Assembly: GCF_963921235.1 (NCBI RefSeq)
Contig: NC_086106.1
Location: 33,976,001-34,040,000 of the forward strand
Reading direction: 5' to 3'
From: Mobula hypostoma
Taxonomy: Eukaryota
DNA length: 64,000 nt
Part shown: positions 37,300 to 49,536 of the stretch, one piece after another
Layout of the letters: each line of letters begins with the position of its first letter
Numbering within the stretch: position 1 is the stretch's first letter
The notes under the pieces: model-generated
Seen by the model: only the letters and a program-made list of their open reading frames with translations
What the model was told of the DNA's origin: nothing
Database searches by the model: none
Program-made: the position numbers and the translations under genes

Positions 37300-37900
37300 A
37301 TTGAAAATCTAGCTGTCAGAATAACATCTGTCACTCAATGTCAGCAAGACCAAGGAGTTGATTATTGACTACAGTAGAAGAAAACCGCGGCTCCATCTGC
37401 AGGTCCTCATCTAGAGGTCAGAGGTCGGCAGAGTTAGCAACTTCAAATTCCTCTGCGTAATCATTTCAGAGGATCTATCCAGAGTCCAGCTGGTAAGTGC
37501 CCTTAGAAAGAAAGCACTACTCTCTTAAAAGTTTGAGAAGATCCGGCATGTCATCGAAAACTTTGACACACTTACGTAGAGGTGCGGTGGAGAGTATACT
37601 GACTGATTGCATTACGGTCTGGTATCGAAATATCAATGGCCTTGAACGGACCGCCTACAAAAAAATGGTCGTGGATACAGCACAGTTCATGACGAATACA
37701 ACCTTCCCCGCTATTAAGCGCATCTATACGCAGCGCTGTCGCAGGAATGTGCATTTGTCTTCAAGGACCCTCAGGTTCCAGGCCACGCTCTCTTCTCGCT
37801 GCCGCCATCAGGAAGGAGGTACAGAAGCCTAGCTACCCAAACTAATTGGTTCGGAAACAAATGTTACCCCTTCGACATCAGGTTCTTTAACCAGAACGAC
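37300..37900 (+). mobile_element. Rex1/Babar-like LINE 3' fragment in the J-C1 intron
   Basis: 'caagaccaaggagttgattattgactac', 'agcaacttcaaattcctc' and ORF 37497-37832 (AVESILTDCITVWY). Confidence 0.75.
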
Positions 37901-38579
37901 TACCTTCGTTCAACTTCATCCCCCCTGACATTGAACTGTTCTCACAACCTATATGCTCAGTTTAAAAAAAAAATCATCTCATGTTGACGATACTTAATGT
38001 TTATTTATATTATTATTTGTTTTTTTTTCCTGTTTGATTTGCAAAGTTTGCCTTTTGCCCTTTCGTTGTCCGTCTTAATGTGTGCGGGTTTTCATTGATT
38101 CTATTGTGTTTCATGGTATCTTCTGTGAATGCCCGCAAGAAAATTAATTTCAGGTTTGTGTATGATGACGTATATGTACTTTTAAATTTGACGATGATGA
38201 TATTTAATAGTCGCAGAAAAAAAACATGAGTAAGGTAGGCTTGCTAAATGGTAATCGTATCTGAAACGTCACCAGTCTCTCCATATTACAAAATATCGTA
38301 TTTTACAGACTCCACAATTTTCGACTAGGTTTACCTGAACGGGACAAAAGTTATTTTTCAACTTCAGCAAGTTTTCATTTTTCTCAAACTGCAAGTTGCT
38401 GTTGATGATTGTTGAAGTGCACTGAATGTGGGAATCAACAATGGCAGGTTGACAGTGTATCTACTGAGATAGAGCTGGCAACAGATAACATTGATCATAA
38501 TGCCACTTTAATTCTCCGAGTCCACCCTGCCAATTAAGGATCTATTTTTACACTACGAGAGACAATTTGCAGTGCCCGT

Positions 38580-39760
38580 TTCGATGATTGATTGATGTTG
38601 TGTACTTGGATTTTCAGAAGGCCTGTGATGAGGCTGCTAAACATGCTACGAGCCCATGGAATTACAGGAAGATTCTAGCATGGATAAAGCAGTGGCTGCT
38701 TGGCAGGAAACAAAGCAAGCCTTTTCTGTCTGGCTGCAGGTGACCAGTGGTGTTCCACCGGGATCTGTGTTGGGATCGATTCTTTTTACATTATATGTCA
38801 ATGATTTGAATGATGTAATTGATAATTTTGTTGAAACGTTTGCAGATGATATTAAGATAGGTGGATGGACTGCTTGTTTTGAGGAAATAGAGGGGCCCTA
38901 GACAGATTAGGAGAATTGGCAGGCAAAGAAATGGCAGTTGAAATAAAGTGTCAAGAAGTGCACTTTATTTGGTGGAAGAAATGAGAGTTAACTATTTTCT
39001 AAATGGGGAGAAATGCCAAAAAAACTGTGACGCAAAGTAACTTGGGAGTGCCTGTGCAGGAGTCCCTGAAGGGTAATTTGCAGGTTGAATTTATGGTGAG
39101 GAAGGAAATGCGATGTTAGCATCCATTTCAAGATGGCTGGCATATAAAAGCAAGAAGGGAATGCTGAAGCTTTATAAAACACTGGTGAGGCCTCGGATGG
39201 AGTATTGTGAGAAGTTTTGGGCCCCTTATCTTCGAAAGGAGGCGCTGAAACTGGAGAAGGTTCATAGGAGGTTCACGAAGATGATTCCAGGATTGATTGG
39301 CTTGTCATATGAAGAGTGTTTAATGGCTCTGGGCCTGTATTCGCTGGAATTCAGAAGAATGAGGCGTGACCTCATTGACACCTATCGAATGGTGAACGCC
39401 CTTGATAGAGTTGATCTGGGGAGCATGTTTCCTATAGTGGGAGAGGCTAAACCAGAGGAAACAACCTCAGAACAGACAGGCACCCTTTTTGAACGGATAT
39501 GACGAGGAATTTCTTGAGCCAAAGAGTGGTGAATCTGTGGAATTCTTTGCCACATGAAGCTGTGGAGACCAGGTCTTTATGTATATTTAAAGCTGAGGTT
39601 GATAGATTCTTGATTGGTCAGGACACGAAGAGGTCCGGGGAGAAGACATGAGATTGGGTAGGAGATGAAAATTGGATCAGTCATGATGAAATGGAGGAGC
39701 AGACAGGATGGGCCAAATGGCCTAATTCTGTTCCTATCTCTTATGGTCTTATGACCTTAT
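38580..39760 (+). mobile_element. CR1 LINE 3' fragment in the J-C1 intron
   Basis: VTSGVPPGSVLG...FADD (38656-38901) and LYKTLVRPRMEYC (39113-39502). Confidence 0.85.
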
Positions 39761-41479
39761 GGAATGAAACTGAGGCAAACTTGTAAAATGAGCCGTTTGC
39801 GTCAAATCCATTTAGTCAGGAAGGTGCTGGTCAGCCTGCAACTGTCGCTACGTTTCCAGCGCATGCCCACATTAACTAAACCTATGCAGACATCTTTGGA
39901 ATATGGCTGACATTGTAATAGGGCAATGCTAACTGCTCACTAGAATCACAGGGATAGGTGTTTGGGTCCCGAATATTTATAATTAGTCTCAGAGATATGG
40001 ACTAAGGCAACATGGATAATTAGAAAGAGCTTTGGAGAAGTGCAAGACACACAGAAGCTTAGCCGTTAGCGTAACACTATCACAGCTTGAAGTGTCAGTG
40101 CACAAAGTTCAATTCTGACGCCGTCTCCAAGGAGCTTGCTTGTTCTACCCATGACTGTGTGGGTTTCCCAGGTACTGTCATTTATTTTTATTGTCCAAAG
40201 TCAGAACGGTTAGTAAATCGTCCTATGATTAGGCTAGGGTTACATAAGTGAGTTGCAATAATTGTACATTAATCCATTTTAGTTTATTCGCCCTCACAAG
40301 AACATCAACTCCATCAAATTCTATCATTGTTCTAAGCACTGTGGACAATACTCATTTGCCAGTGAGCTAAGCAACTGAACGTCTTTCGGATGTGGGAGGA
40401 AAATGGAGCATAAATATGAGATTCCCCCTTTAGGACAGAGATTAGGTAAAGATATATTTTCTTTCACAGGGAATTGCAAATGTTGAAATTATTCGAATGC
40501 AGAATGCGAAAATTGGCATACTTTTTAAAGCAGCGATCGTTGCGGACATACAAAGCAAACGGTGATCGCATATTACAGAAGGAGGGGAGATATAGAGCTT
40601 ATAATAAGACTGACGACCATGAAGTGAAAGCGGAGTCCAATACATTTTATTGGACTGAAGAAGAGGTGTTGGTATCACACAGCTTCCCTTTGATTGCAAG
40701 TAGCGTAATAAAATAGAAAGGGTGTTGATGGTGTTTCTAAGTATTTAATGAATTCACCCTCTGTTACTCTTCTCATAAGTCGATTCCTTGTCAATTTCTC
40801 AGTTAAGGGCATGGAATGGACTGTGCTTGACGTCTGAGAAATTCCTTTCCCAGAAGGATCAAAACACAATGGGATGTCTACATTAATTTGGGAAAAAAAT
40901 AGCCAGCAGACGGAGTAATACACCACAGCGCTATATACGAACAGAGACTATGTTGTTTACTTGCCTATTTAACAAAAAAACACACGTGGTATTGGACTGG
41001 GTTCCCACAAAATTCCATAAACAACAAGATTCAGAGGACGTTTAAACACGTCTAAGCTCGGACAAAGGAGCTTTACAGCATGTTTAAAACTAAGAAAGAT
41101 GAAGCAAACAAATAGCAATAAGGTCATGTAAATTGGACGAACGATGGATATTTTTGCAAATTGCTTCCCTGACATTTGTGGGTCCCATAATAGTGTCAGA
41201 GGTTTGCTTTCATTTGAGTTTCCTTCGGGAAGGAACTACTTGTAAACGCTATCATTCAATTGACTGATGAACATTAAAACCCTTTTCGCAGCAATGCTTC
41301 CATTGCAACCTATATTTTAGCATACTGCTTCAATGACGACAGTTTTATATTTTGTACCACAAAATAGTCTGATTAACACTGTACACCTTTGTAATTGGTG
41401 TCTTGAGCGATACTTTACATCTGGAATGTCATTCATTAAAATCTGGAGTGTTAGATTTAATTAAATATAGCGCCGTGGC

Positions 41480-44400
41480 AATTGACTAAAGCACTTAGCG
41501 AGATGGTACAGACTTAATATTATGGTTTGTTGCCTCCCGGGTGCCAGAGTCCGGGATGACTCTGATCGGGTGCTTGAGATCCTGGTACGAGAAGGAAAGC
41601 AACCAGAAGTCGTGATATATGTTGGTACCAACGACACAGGCAGGAAGAAGGATGAGGTCCTGAAGTGTGAGTTTCGGGAACTCGGCAGAAGACTGAAGAA
41701 TAGGACCTCAATGGTGGCGTTCTCAGGATTGCTGCCAGTGCTACGTGACAGTGATGGTAAGAATTGGAGGAGATGGCAGTTGAATGCGTGGCTGACGAGT
41801 TGGTGCAGGGAGCAGGGTTTTAGATTTTTGGACCATTGGGATCTCTTCTGGGGAATGTGGGACCTGTACAGATTGGATGGATTGCACCTGAACTCGAGGG
41901 AAAGCAATATCCTTGCAGGTAGGTTTGCAAGCATGGTTCGGGAGGGTTTAAACTCATTTGCAAGGGGGATGGGACCCTGAGCGATAGAGCAGTGAAAGAA
42001 GTGTGTGGAGTAAAGCCAGATCTAACGTATGGAGAGGCTTTGAGGAAAGAGAAGCAGAATAAAGGGTGTAAAGGTAGTAAGGTAGAAGGGCTGAAGTGTG
42101 TGTACCTCAATGCAAGGAGCATCAGGAAAAAAGGTGATGAAATGAGAGCTTGCATACCTATATGGAATTATGATGTAATGGCCATTACAGAGACTTGGCT
42201 GACACCAGGGCAGGAATGGATTCTCAATATTCCTGGATTTCAGTGCTTTAAAAGGGATGGGGGGGCGGGGAACGGGGAGGAGGGGTGGCATTCCTAGTCA
42301 GGGATACTATTACAGCTACAGAAAGGGTGGGTAATTTAGCAGGATCCGCTTTTGAGTCAGTATGGGTGGAAGTCAGGAACAGGAAGGAAGCAGTTACTCT
42401 ATTGGGGTATTCTATAGGCCCCCGGTAGCAGCAGAGATACAGAGGAGCAAATTGGGAGGCAAATTTTGGAAAGGTGCAAAAATAACAGGGTTGTTATCAT
42501 GGGTGACTTTAACTTCCCTGATACTGATTGGCACCTGTTTAGTTACAAGGGTTTAGATGGGGCACAGTTTGTTAAGTGTGCCCAGGACGGATTCCTGTCA
42601 CAGTATGTGGACAGGTCGACTAGGGGGAATGCCATACTAGATCTAGTACTCGGTAATGAGCCGGGTCAATTCACAGATCAGTCAGTGGGTGAGCATCTGG
42701 AGGACGGTGACCACCGGTCCCTGGCTTTTAGCATTATCATGCAAAAGGATAGAATCAGAGAGGACAGGATTTTTTTTTAATTGGGAAAGGGCAAATTATG
42801 AGGCTGTAAGGCTAGAACTTGCGGGTGTGAATTGGCATGATGTTTTTGCAGGGAAATGTACTATAGACATGTGGTCGATGTTTAGAGATTTCTTGCAGGA
42901 GGTTAGGGATAAATTTGTCCCGGTGAGGAAGATAAAGAATGGTAAGGTGAAGGAACCATGGGAGACAAGTGAGGTGGAAGATTTAGTCTGGTGGAAGAAG
43001 GCAGCACACATGAGGTTTAGGAAGCAAGGATCAGATGATTCTATTGAGGAATACAGGGAAGCAAGAAAGGAGCTCAAGAAGGGGCTGAACAGAGCAAGAA
43101 GGGGGCATGAGAATGCCTTGGAGAGTAGGGTAACGGAAAACCCCAAGGCATTCTTCAATTATGTGAAGAACAAAAGGATGACAGGAGTGAAGGTAGGACC
43201 GATTAGAGATAAAGGTGGGAAGATGTGCCTGGAGGCTGTGGAAGTGAGCGAGGTCCTCAATGAATACTTCTCTTCGGTATTCACCAAGCGGACGGAACTT
43301 GATGATGGTGAGGACAAAATGAGTGAAGTTGATGTTTTGGATCATGTTGATATTAAGGGAGAGGAGGTCTTGGAGTTGTTAAAATACATTAGGACGGATA
43401 AGCCCCCGGGGCCCGACGGCATATTCCCCAGGCTGCTCCATGAGGCGAAGGAAGCGATTGCTGAGCCTTTGGCTAGGATCTTCATATCCTCGTTGTCCAC
43501 GGGAATAGTACCGTAGGATTGGAGGGAGGCGAATGTTGTCCCTTTGTTCAAAATGGTAGTAGGAATAGTCCGGGTAATTATAGACCAGTGAGCCTAACGT
43601 CTGTGGTGGAAAAGCTGTTGGAAAAGATTCTTAGAGATAAGAATTATGGGCATTTAGAGAATCATGGTCTGATCAGGGACAGTCAGCATGGCTTTGTGAA
43701 GGGCAGATCGTGTCTAACAAGCCTGATAGAGTTCTTTGAGGAGGTGACCAGGAATATAGATCAGGGTACTACAGTAGATGTGATCTATGTGGATTTTAGT
43801 AAGGCATTTGCCAAGGTCCCACATGGTAGGCTTATTCAGGAAGTTAGAAGGCATGGGATCCAGGGAAGTTTGGCCAGGTGGATTCAAAATTGTCTTGCCT
43901 ACAGAAGGCAGAGGGTGGTGGTGGAGGGAGTACATTCAGATTGGAGGATTGTGACTAGTGGTGTCCCACAAGGATCTGTTCTGGGACCTCAACTTTTCGT
44001 GATTTTTATTAACGACCTGGATGTCGGGGTGGAAGGGTGGGTTGGCAAGTTTGCAGACAAATCCAGTGCAAGCATCAAAAAGGGCCACTTTTCAACATAA
44101 TTGTATAAGGGCTAAGAGAGTTGTAAAAGAGCGCCTGAAGGCTTTGTGTGTCAATGCAAGGAGCATTCGTAACCAGGTGGATGAATTAAAAGTGCAGATT
44201 GATATTAAAGAATATGATATAGTTGGGATCACAGAGACTTGGCTCCAGGGTGACCAAGGATGGGAGCTCAACATTGAGGGATATTCAATATTCAGGAGGG
44301 ATAGACATGAAAGAAAAGGAGGTGAGGTGGCGTTGCTTGTGAGAGAGGAGATTAACGCAATAGAAAGGAAGGACATAAGCCGGGAAGATGTGGAATCGAT

Positions 44401-47400
44401 ATGGGTAGAGCTGCATAACACTAAGGGGCAGAAAACGCTGGTGGGAGTTGTGTACAGGCCACCTAACAGTAGTAGTGAGGTTGGGGATGGTATTAAACAG
44501 GAAATTAGAAATGTGTGCAATAAAGGAACAGTAGTTATAATGGGTGACTTCAATCTACATGTAGATTGGGTGAACCAAATTAGTAAGGGTGCTGAGGAAG
44601 AGGATTTCTTGGAATGTATGCGGGATGGTTTTTTGAACCAACATGTCGAGGAACCAACTGGAGAGCAGGCTATTCTGGACGAGGTATTGAGCAATGAGGA
44701 AGGGTTAATTAGCAATCTTGTCGTGAGAGGCCCCTTGGGTAAGAGTGACCATAATATGGTGGAATTCTTCATTAAGATGTAGAGTGACATAGATAATTCA
44801 GAAACAAAGGTTCTGAACTTAAAGAAGGGTAACTTTGAAGATATGAGACGTGAATTAGCTAACATAGACTGGCAAGTGACACTTAAAGGGTTGACGGTGG
44901 ATATGCAATGACAAGCATTTAAAGATCACATGGATGAACTACAACAATTGTTCATCCCAGTTTGGCAAAAGAATAAATCAAGGAAGGTTGTGCACCCGTG
45001 GCTGACAAGGGAAATTAGGGATAGTATCAATTCCAAAGAAGAAGCATACAAATCAGCCAGAAAAAGTGGCTCACCTGAGGACTGGGAGAAATTCCGAGTC
45101 CAGCAGAGGAGGACAAAGGGCTTAATTAGGAAAGGGAAAAAAGATTATGAGAGAATGCTAGCAGGGAACATAAAAACTGACTGTAAATCTTTTAGGTAAA
45201 TTGAAGGGATTAAAGATGGATAAATACCCAGGGCCAGAAGGTCTGCATCCTAGAGTGCTTAAGGAAGTAGCCCAAGAAGTAGTGGATGCATTAGTGATAA
45301 TTTTTCAAAACTCTTTAGATTCTGGACCAGTTCCTGAGGATTGGAGGGTGGCTAATGTAACCCCACTTTTTAAAAAAGGAGGGAGAGAGAAACCAGGGAA
45401 TTATAGACCGGTTAGCCGAACATTGGTGGTGGGGAAACTGATAGAGTCAGTTATCAAAGATGTGATAACAGCACATTTGGAAAGCGGTGATATTATCAGA
45501 CAAAGTCAGCATGGATTTGTGAAAGGAAAATCATGTCTGACGAATCTCATAGAATTTTTTGAGAATGTAACTAGTAGAGTGGATAGGGGAGAACCAGTGG
45601 ATGTGGTATATTTGGATTTTCAAAAGGTTTTTGACAAGGTCCCACACATGAGATTAGTATGCAAACTTAAAGCACACGGTATTGGGGGTAAGGTATTGAT
45701 GTGGATAGAGAGTTGGTTAGCAGATAGGAAGCAAAGTGTGGGAATAAACGGGACCGTTTCAGAATGGCAGGCGGTGACTAGTGGGCTACCGCAAGGCTCA
45801 GTGCTGGGACCCCAGTTGTTTACAATATATATTAATGACTTGGATGAGGGAATTAAATGCAGCATCTCCAAGTTTGCGGATGACACGAAGCTGGGCGGCA
45901 GTGTTAGCTGTGAGGAGGATGCTAAGAGGATGCAGGGTGATTTGGATAGGTTAGGTGAGTGGGCAATTTCATGGCAGATGCAATTTAATGTGGATAAATG
46001 TTAAGTTATCCACTTTGGTGGCAAAAATAGGAAAACAGATTATTATCTGAATGGTGGCCGATTAGGAAATGGGGAGGTGCAGCGAGACCTGGGTGTCATT
46101 ATACACCAGTTATTGAAAGTGGGCATGCAGGTACAGCAGACGGTGAAAAAGGCGAATGGTATGCTGGCATTTATAGCAAGAGGATTCGAGTACAGGAGCA
46201 GGGAGGTACTACTGCAGTTGTACAAGGCCTTGGTAAGACCACACCTGGAGTATTGTGTGCAGTTTTAGTCCCCTAATCTGAGGAAAGACATACTTGCCAT
46301 AGAGGGAGTACAAAGATGGTTCACCAGATTGATTCCTGGGATGGCAGGACTTTCATATGATGAAAGACTGGATGAACTAGGCTTATACTCGTTGGAATTT
46401 AGAAGATTGAAGGGGTATCTGATTGAAACGTATAAAACCCTAAAGGGATTGGACAGACTAGATGCAGGAAGATTGTTCCCGATGTTGGGGAAGTCCAGAA
46501 CGAGGGGTCACAGTTTGAGGATAAAGGGGAAGCCTTTTAGGACCGACATTAGGAAAAACGTCTTCACACAGAGAGTGATGAATCTGTGGAATTCTCTGCC
46601 ACAGGAGACAGTTGAGGCCAGTTCATTGGCTATATTTAAGAGGGAGTTAGATATGGCCCTTGTGGCTAAAGGGATCAGGGGTATGGAGGGAAGGCTGGTA
46701 CAGGGTTCTGAGTTGGATGATCAGCCATGATCATATTGAATGGCGGTGCAGGCTCGAAGGGACGAATGGCCTACTCCTGCACCTATTTTCTATGTTTCTA
46801 TGACACAAAAGTTGGTGGTGTTGCAGATAGTGTCGAGGATTGTCGAAGATTGCAGAGGGACATTGATAGGATGAAGAAGTGGGCTGAGAAGTGGCAGATG
46901 CAGTTCAACCAGAAGTGTGAGGTGGTACACTTTGAAAGGTCAAACTCCAAGCCAGAGTACAAAGTAAATTGCAGGATACTTGGTAGTGTGGAGGAGCAGA
47001 GGGATCTGGGGGTACATGCCAACATATCGTTAAAAGTTGCCTCACAGGTAGATAGGGTAGTTAAGACAGCTTATGGGGTGTTAGCTTTCATCAGTCGAGG
47101 GATAGAGTTTAAGAGTCGCGATGTAATGATACAGCTCTCTAAAATTCTGGTTAGGCCAGACTTCGAGTACTGTTTCCAGTTCTGGTCGCCTCACTGTAGG
47201 AAGGATGTAGAGGCATTGGAAAGGGTACAGAAGAGATTTACCAGGATGCTGCCTGGTGTAGAGAGTATGGATTATAATCAGAGATTAAGGCAGCTAGGGC
47301 TTTACTCTTTGGAGAGTATGAGGATGAGAGGAGACATGATAGAGTTGTCCAAGATAACAAGAGGAAGACATAGAGTGGATAGCCAGCACCTCTTCCTCTG

Positions 47401-47640
47401 GGCACCACTGCTCAATACAAGAGGACATGGCTTTAAGGTAAGGGGTGGGAAGTTCAAGGGGGATATTCGAGGAAGGTTTTTTACTGAGAGAGTGGTTGGT
47501 GCGTGTCAGTGGTGGGGGCAGATACACTAGTGAAGTTCAAGAGACTACAAGACAGGTATATGGAGGAATTTAAGGTGGGGGATTATATGAGAGGCAGGAT
47601 TTGAGGGTCGGCACAATATTGTGGGCCGAAGGGCCTGTAA
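41480..47640 (+). mobile_element. Nested CR1 LINEs: element A (SGNH-esterase ORF1, APE, RT) interrupted at ~44060-46800 by element B
   Basis: ORF1 41522-41980 has LPGARV..., YVGTND and DGLHLN. A breaks at KFAD (44058) and resumes at DTKVGG (~46802). B has its own APE (44021-44782), RT (45201-46004) and 3' tail. Confidence 0.88.
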
Positions 47641-48454
47641 TATGCTGTACTATTCTATGTCTATGTCTATGTCTATTGTGCCCCGCTTTCAAAGACGATA
47701 TTGATTATGTTGACATTCATTCAGTATCTTTTCCGGCCTTCCACACAGACCTTTAGCCTACATCTGCCCCCCGCCCCGCAAATACTCTGACAACTGACAC
47801 TAAAATATAACCAAAGTTATACAAGCTCAACGATTCTGACAACATAAAATTTGTTTCAACCTGGTTTTCCAGGCCCTTACTAAATGTATGGATTTGTTAG
47901 AGCATGATATGTGTTTCGAAATAGAAGACATTTTTTCTTCTATTCCAGCTGAATGACAAGTTGTTTTCGAAATGAGTATATGTTTTAACAACCCCGTCGA
48001 AGTCTCAAGTTATTAAGCTATCAATCTCTTTCTGATCTGAAACCTATTTCATCTAAAGTACTTTACTGCGTGGGTCTGCGATCATCGGGGTGTAAATCCA
48101 CACTCAAATTTGCCAAGATATGAGGACCTCGCACTTATACCAATACAGCAGGTAATACTTTAAAGTAACCGTCGGACGGGGTTGGGGTGCAGGAGGTCGA
48201 GGGTAATTTGGGCGCTTCAATTTGTAAAAATACTCCAATTTTCGTTTTTTTTTAAACGAGAGAAGGTATTATCTTGGGAGGAGAAAGGTGTATACTTCAA
48301 TTCTTCTGGGGTGTCTCAGTGAAATGCTTACATTCCAAAAAGACATTATCATATTGCCCTTTTCGGTTTGCATCATTTAAACGAGAATATAATTATACTT
48401 CACCTCGGGGAAACGTACGTGGTTGCTCAAAATGTAATAAAATATATCGCTTAC

Positions 48455-48501
48455 CAGGTTTCACAGTCAGCTTTGTACCAGTTCTGTTACGGTGTTCGCA
48501 A
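48455..48501 (-). CDS. IgNAR: IgNAR J segment (47 nt; CEHRNRTGTKLTVKP)
   Basis: Directly follows the RSS heptamer; GTKLTVKP FR4 motif; donor CCTG|gtaagc in phase 1 fits the C1 acceptor. Confidence 0.9.
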
Positions 48502-48540
48502 CACAATGATTAACTTCCTATTCAGCACAATTCAAAAAGT
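48502..48540. promoter_or_regulatory. J 5' RSS, 23-bp spacer
   Basis: CACAATG (48502-48508) + 23 nt + TCAAAAAGT (48532-48540). Confidence 0.9.
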
Positions 48541-48844
48541 AATCATTGAAACTGAATTGTAGACGGAGGCTTTCCACAATAATACAGGAACGAAGGGCTG
48601 TCCAATATATTCCATTTCCTTCAGTTTCACTCGCCCTTGTATTTATTCAGTGCGTTGTAATCGCATATGATAATAAAACTGGCATTTCGCTGTTTGAGTA
48701 CCAGAGACTGTAAGTAGAATTCAACCTAAAGGAGAAGTAAAGTTGTTTGAAAAACTATGTTGAGTAACATCCATGCACGTAACGGCATATTTTGTAGTCC
48801 CTTTTACAAGGAGATGAGCTTAAAAAAGATAAAACTGTCTCGGA

Positions 48845-48912
48845 GGTTTGTGCTATGGCTTAGACTACTGTGGCACTGTTTTTGCACATCAGTTCACATC
48901 AGCACAATATCC
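48845..48912 (-). other. D2 segment (48873-48884, CAAAAACAGTGC) with 12/12 RSSs
   Basis: 3' RSS: CACAGTA (48866-48872) + 12 + GCACAAACC (48845-48853). 5' RSS: CACATCA (48885-48891) + 12 + ACAATATCC (48904-48912). Confidence 0.8.
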
Positions 48913-49224
48913 TCATTGTTGTAAACAGCGTATAAATCCGTCAGATAATCCCATACGTCCATGATACGGTGGTAGGGGACATGAATTAAATGGTTGCACT
49001 GGCTTGTTTAAATCCCGTCGATAATCATTCTCAGCCAGATAGATAATATCAAGGCTTTGTTATTAACATGATTATCACATATGTACTGTAATTGCACAAA
49101 CATATAGAGCAAGGTTATGCTTTGTGTACCAGTCTCTGGCAGAGATAAAGAATCTTTGTCAGAAAGCAGTTTTAGTCCCTAAAGGAATATTTTACATTAA
49201 TTTCGCATTAATAACTGCCGAGGC

Positions 49225-49303
49225 GATTTGTGCATGAAGGGGCCTGAAGTTTCATCACTGTGGGTTTGCACACAGCACAGTGGTTGATTCAATAGCAATA
49301 AGG
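49225..49303 (-). other. D1 segment (49263-49275, CTGTGTGCAAACC) with 12 (5') / 22 (3') RSSs
   Basis: 5' RSS: CACAGTG (49276-49282) + 12 + GCAATAAGG (49295-49303). 3' RSS: CACAGTG (49256-49262) + 22 + GCACAAATC (49225-49233). Confidence 0.88.
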
Positions 49304-49498
49304 TCTCCATTTACATAACTCTGGGAGAATACTGACGCTGCACCTCCAACTGTATCCACTTGGATATAAGCGGCATTGTGACTGTCGCCAACTTAGTACT
49401 AATGTACGCTCGCTCTACAGCGGAATCAACTGCTGCTCGGAAATTTTCTTTTCCATAAGAACGAAGCAGTCAGAGATTCTCGCGTGAAAGATTTTCAG

Positions 49499-49536
49499 AC
49501 TTTTTGAATTGGCGTGTGCTCAGCTTCGTTACTGTG
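49499..49536 (-). promoter_or_regulatory. V 3' RSS, 22-bp spacer
   Basis: CACAGTA (49530-49536) + 22 nt + TCAAAAAGT (49499-49507), directly after the codons for YFCCADD. Confidence 0.9.

Noticed and set aside
49374-49380. Heptamer-like CATTGTG between V and D1 (possible extra D)
   Set aside because: No nonamer at 12 or 22/23 nt and no partner RSS.
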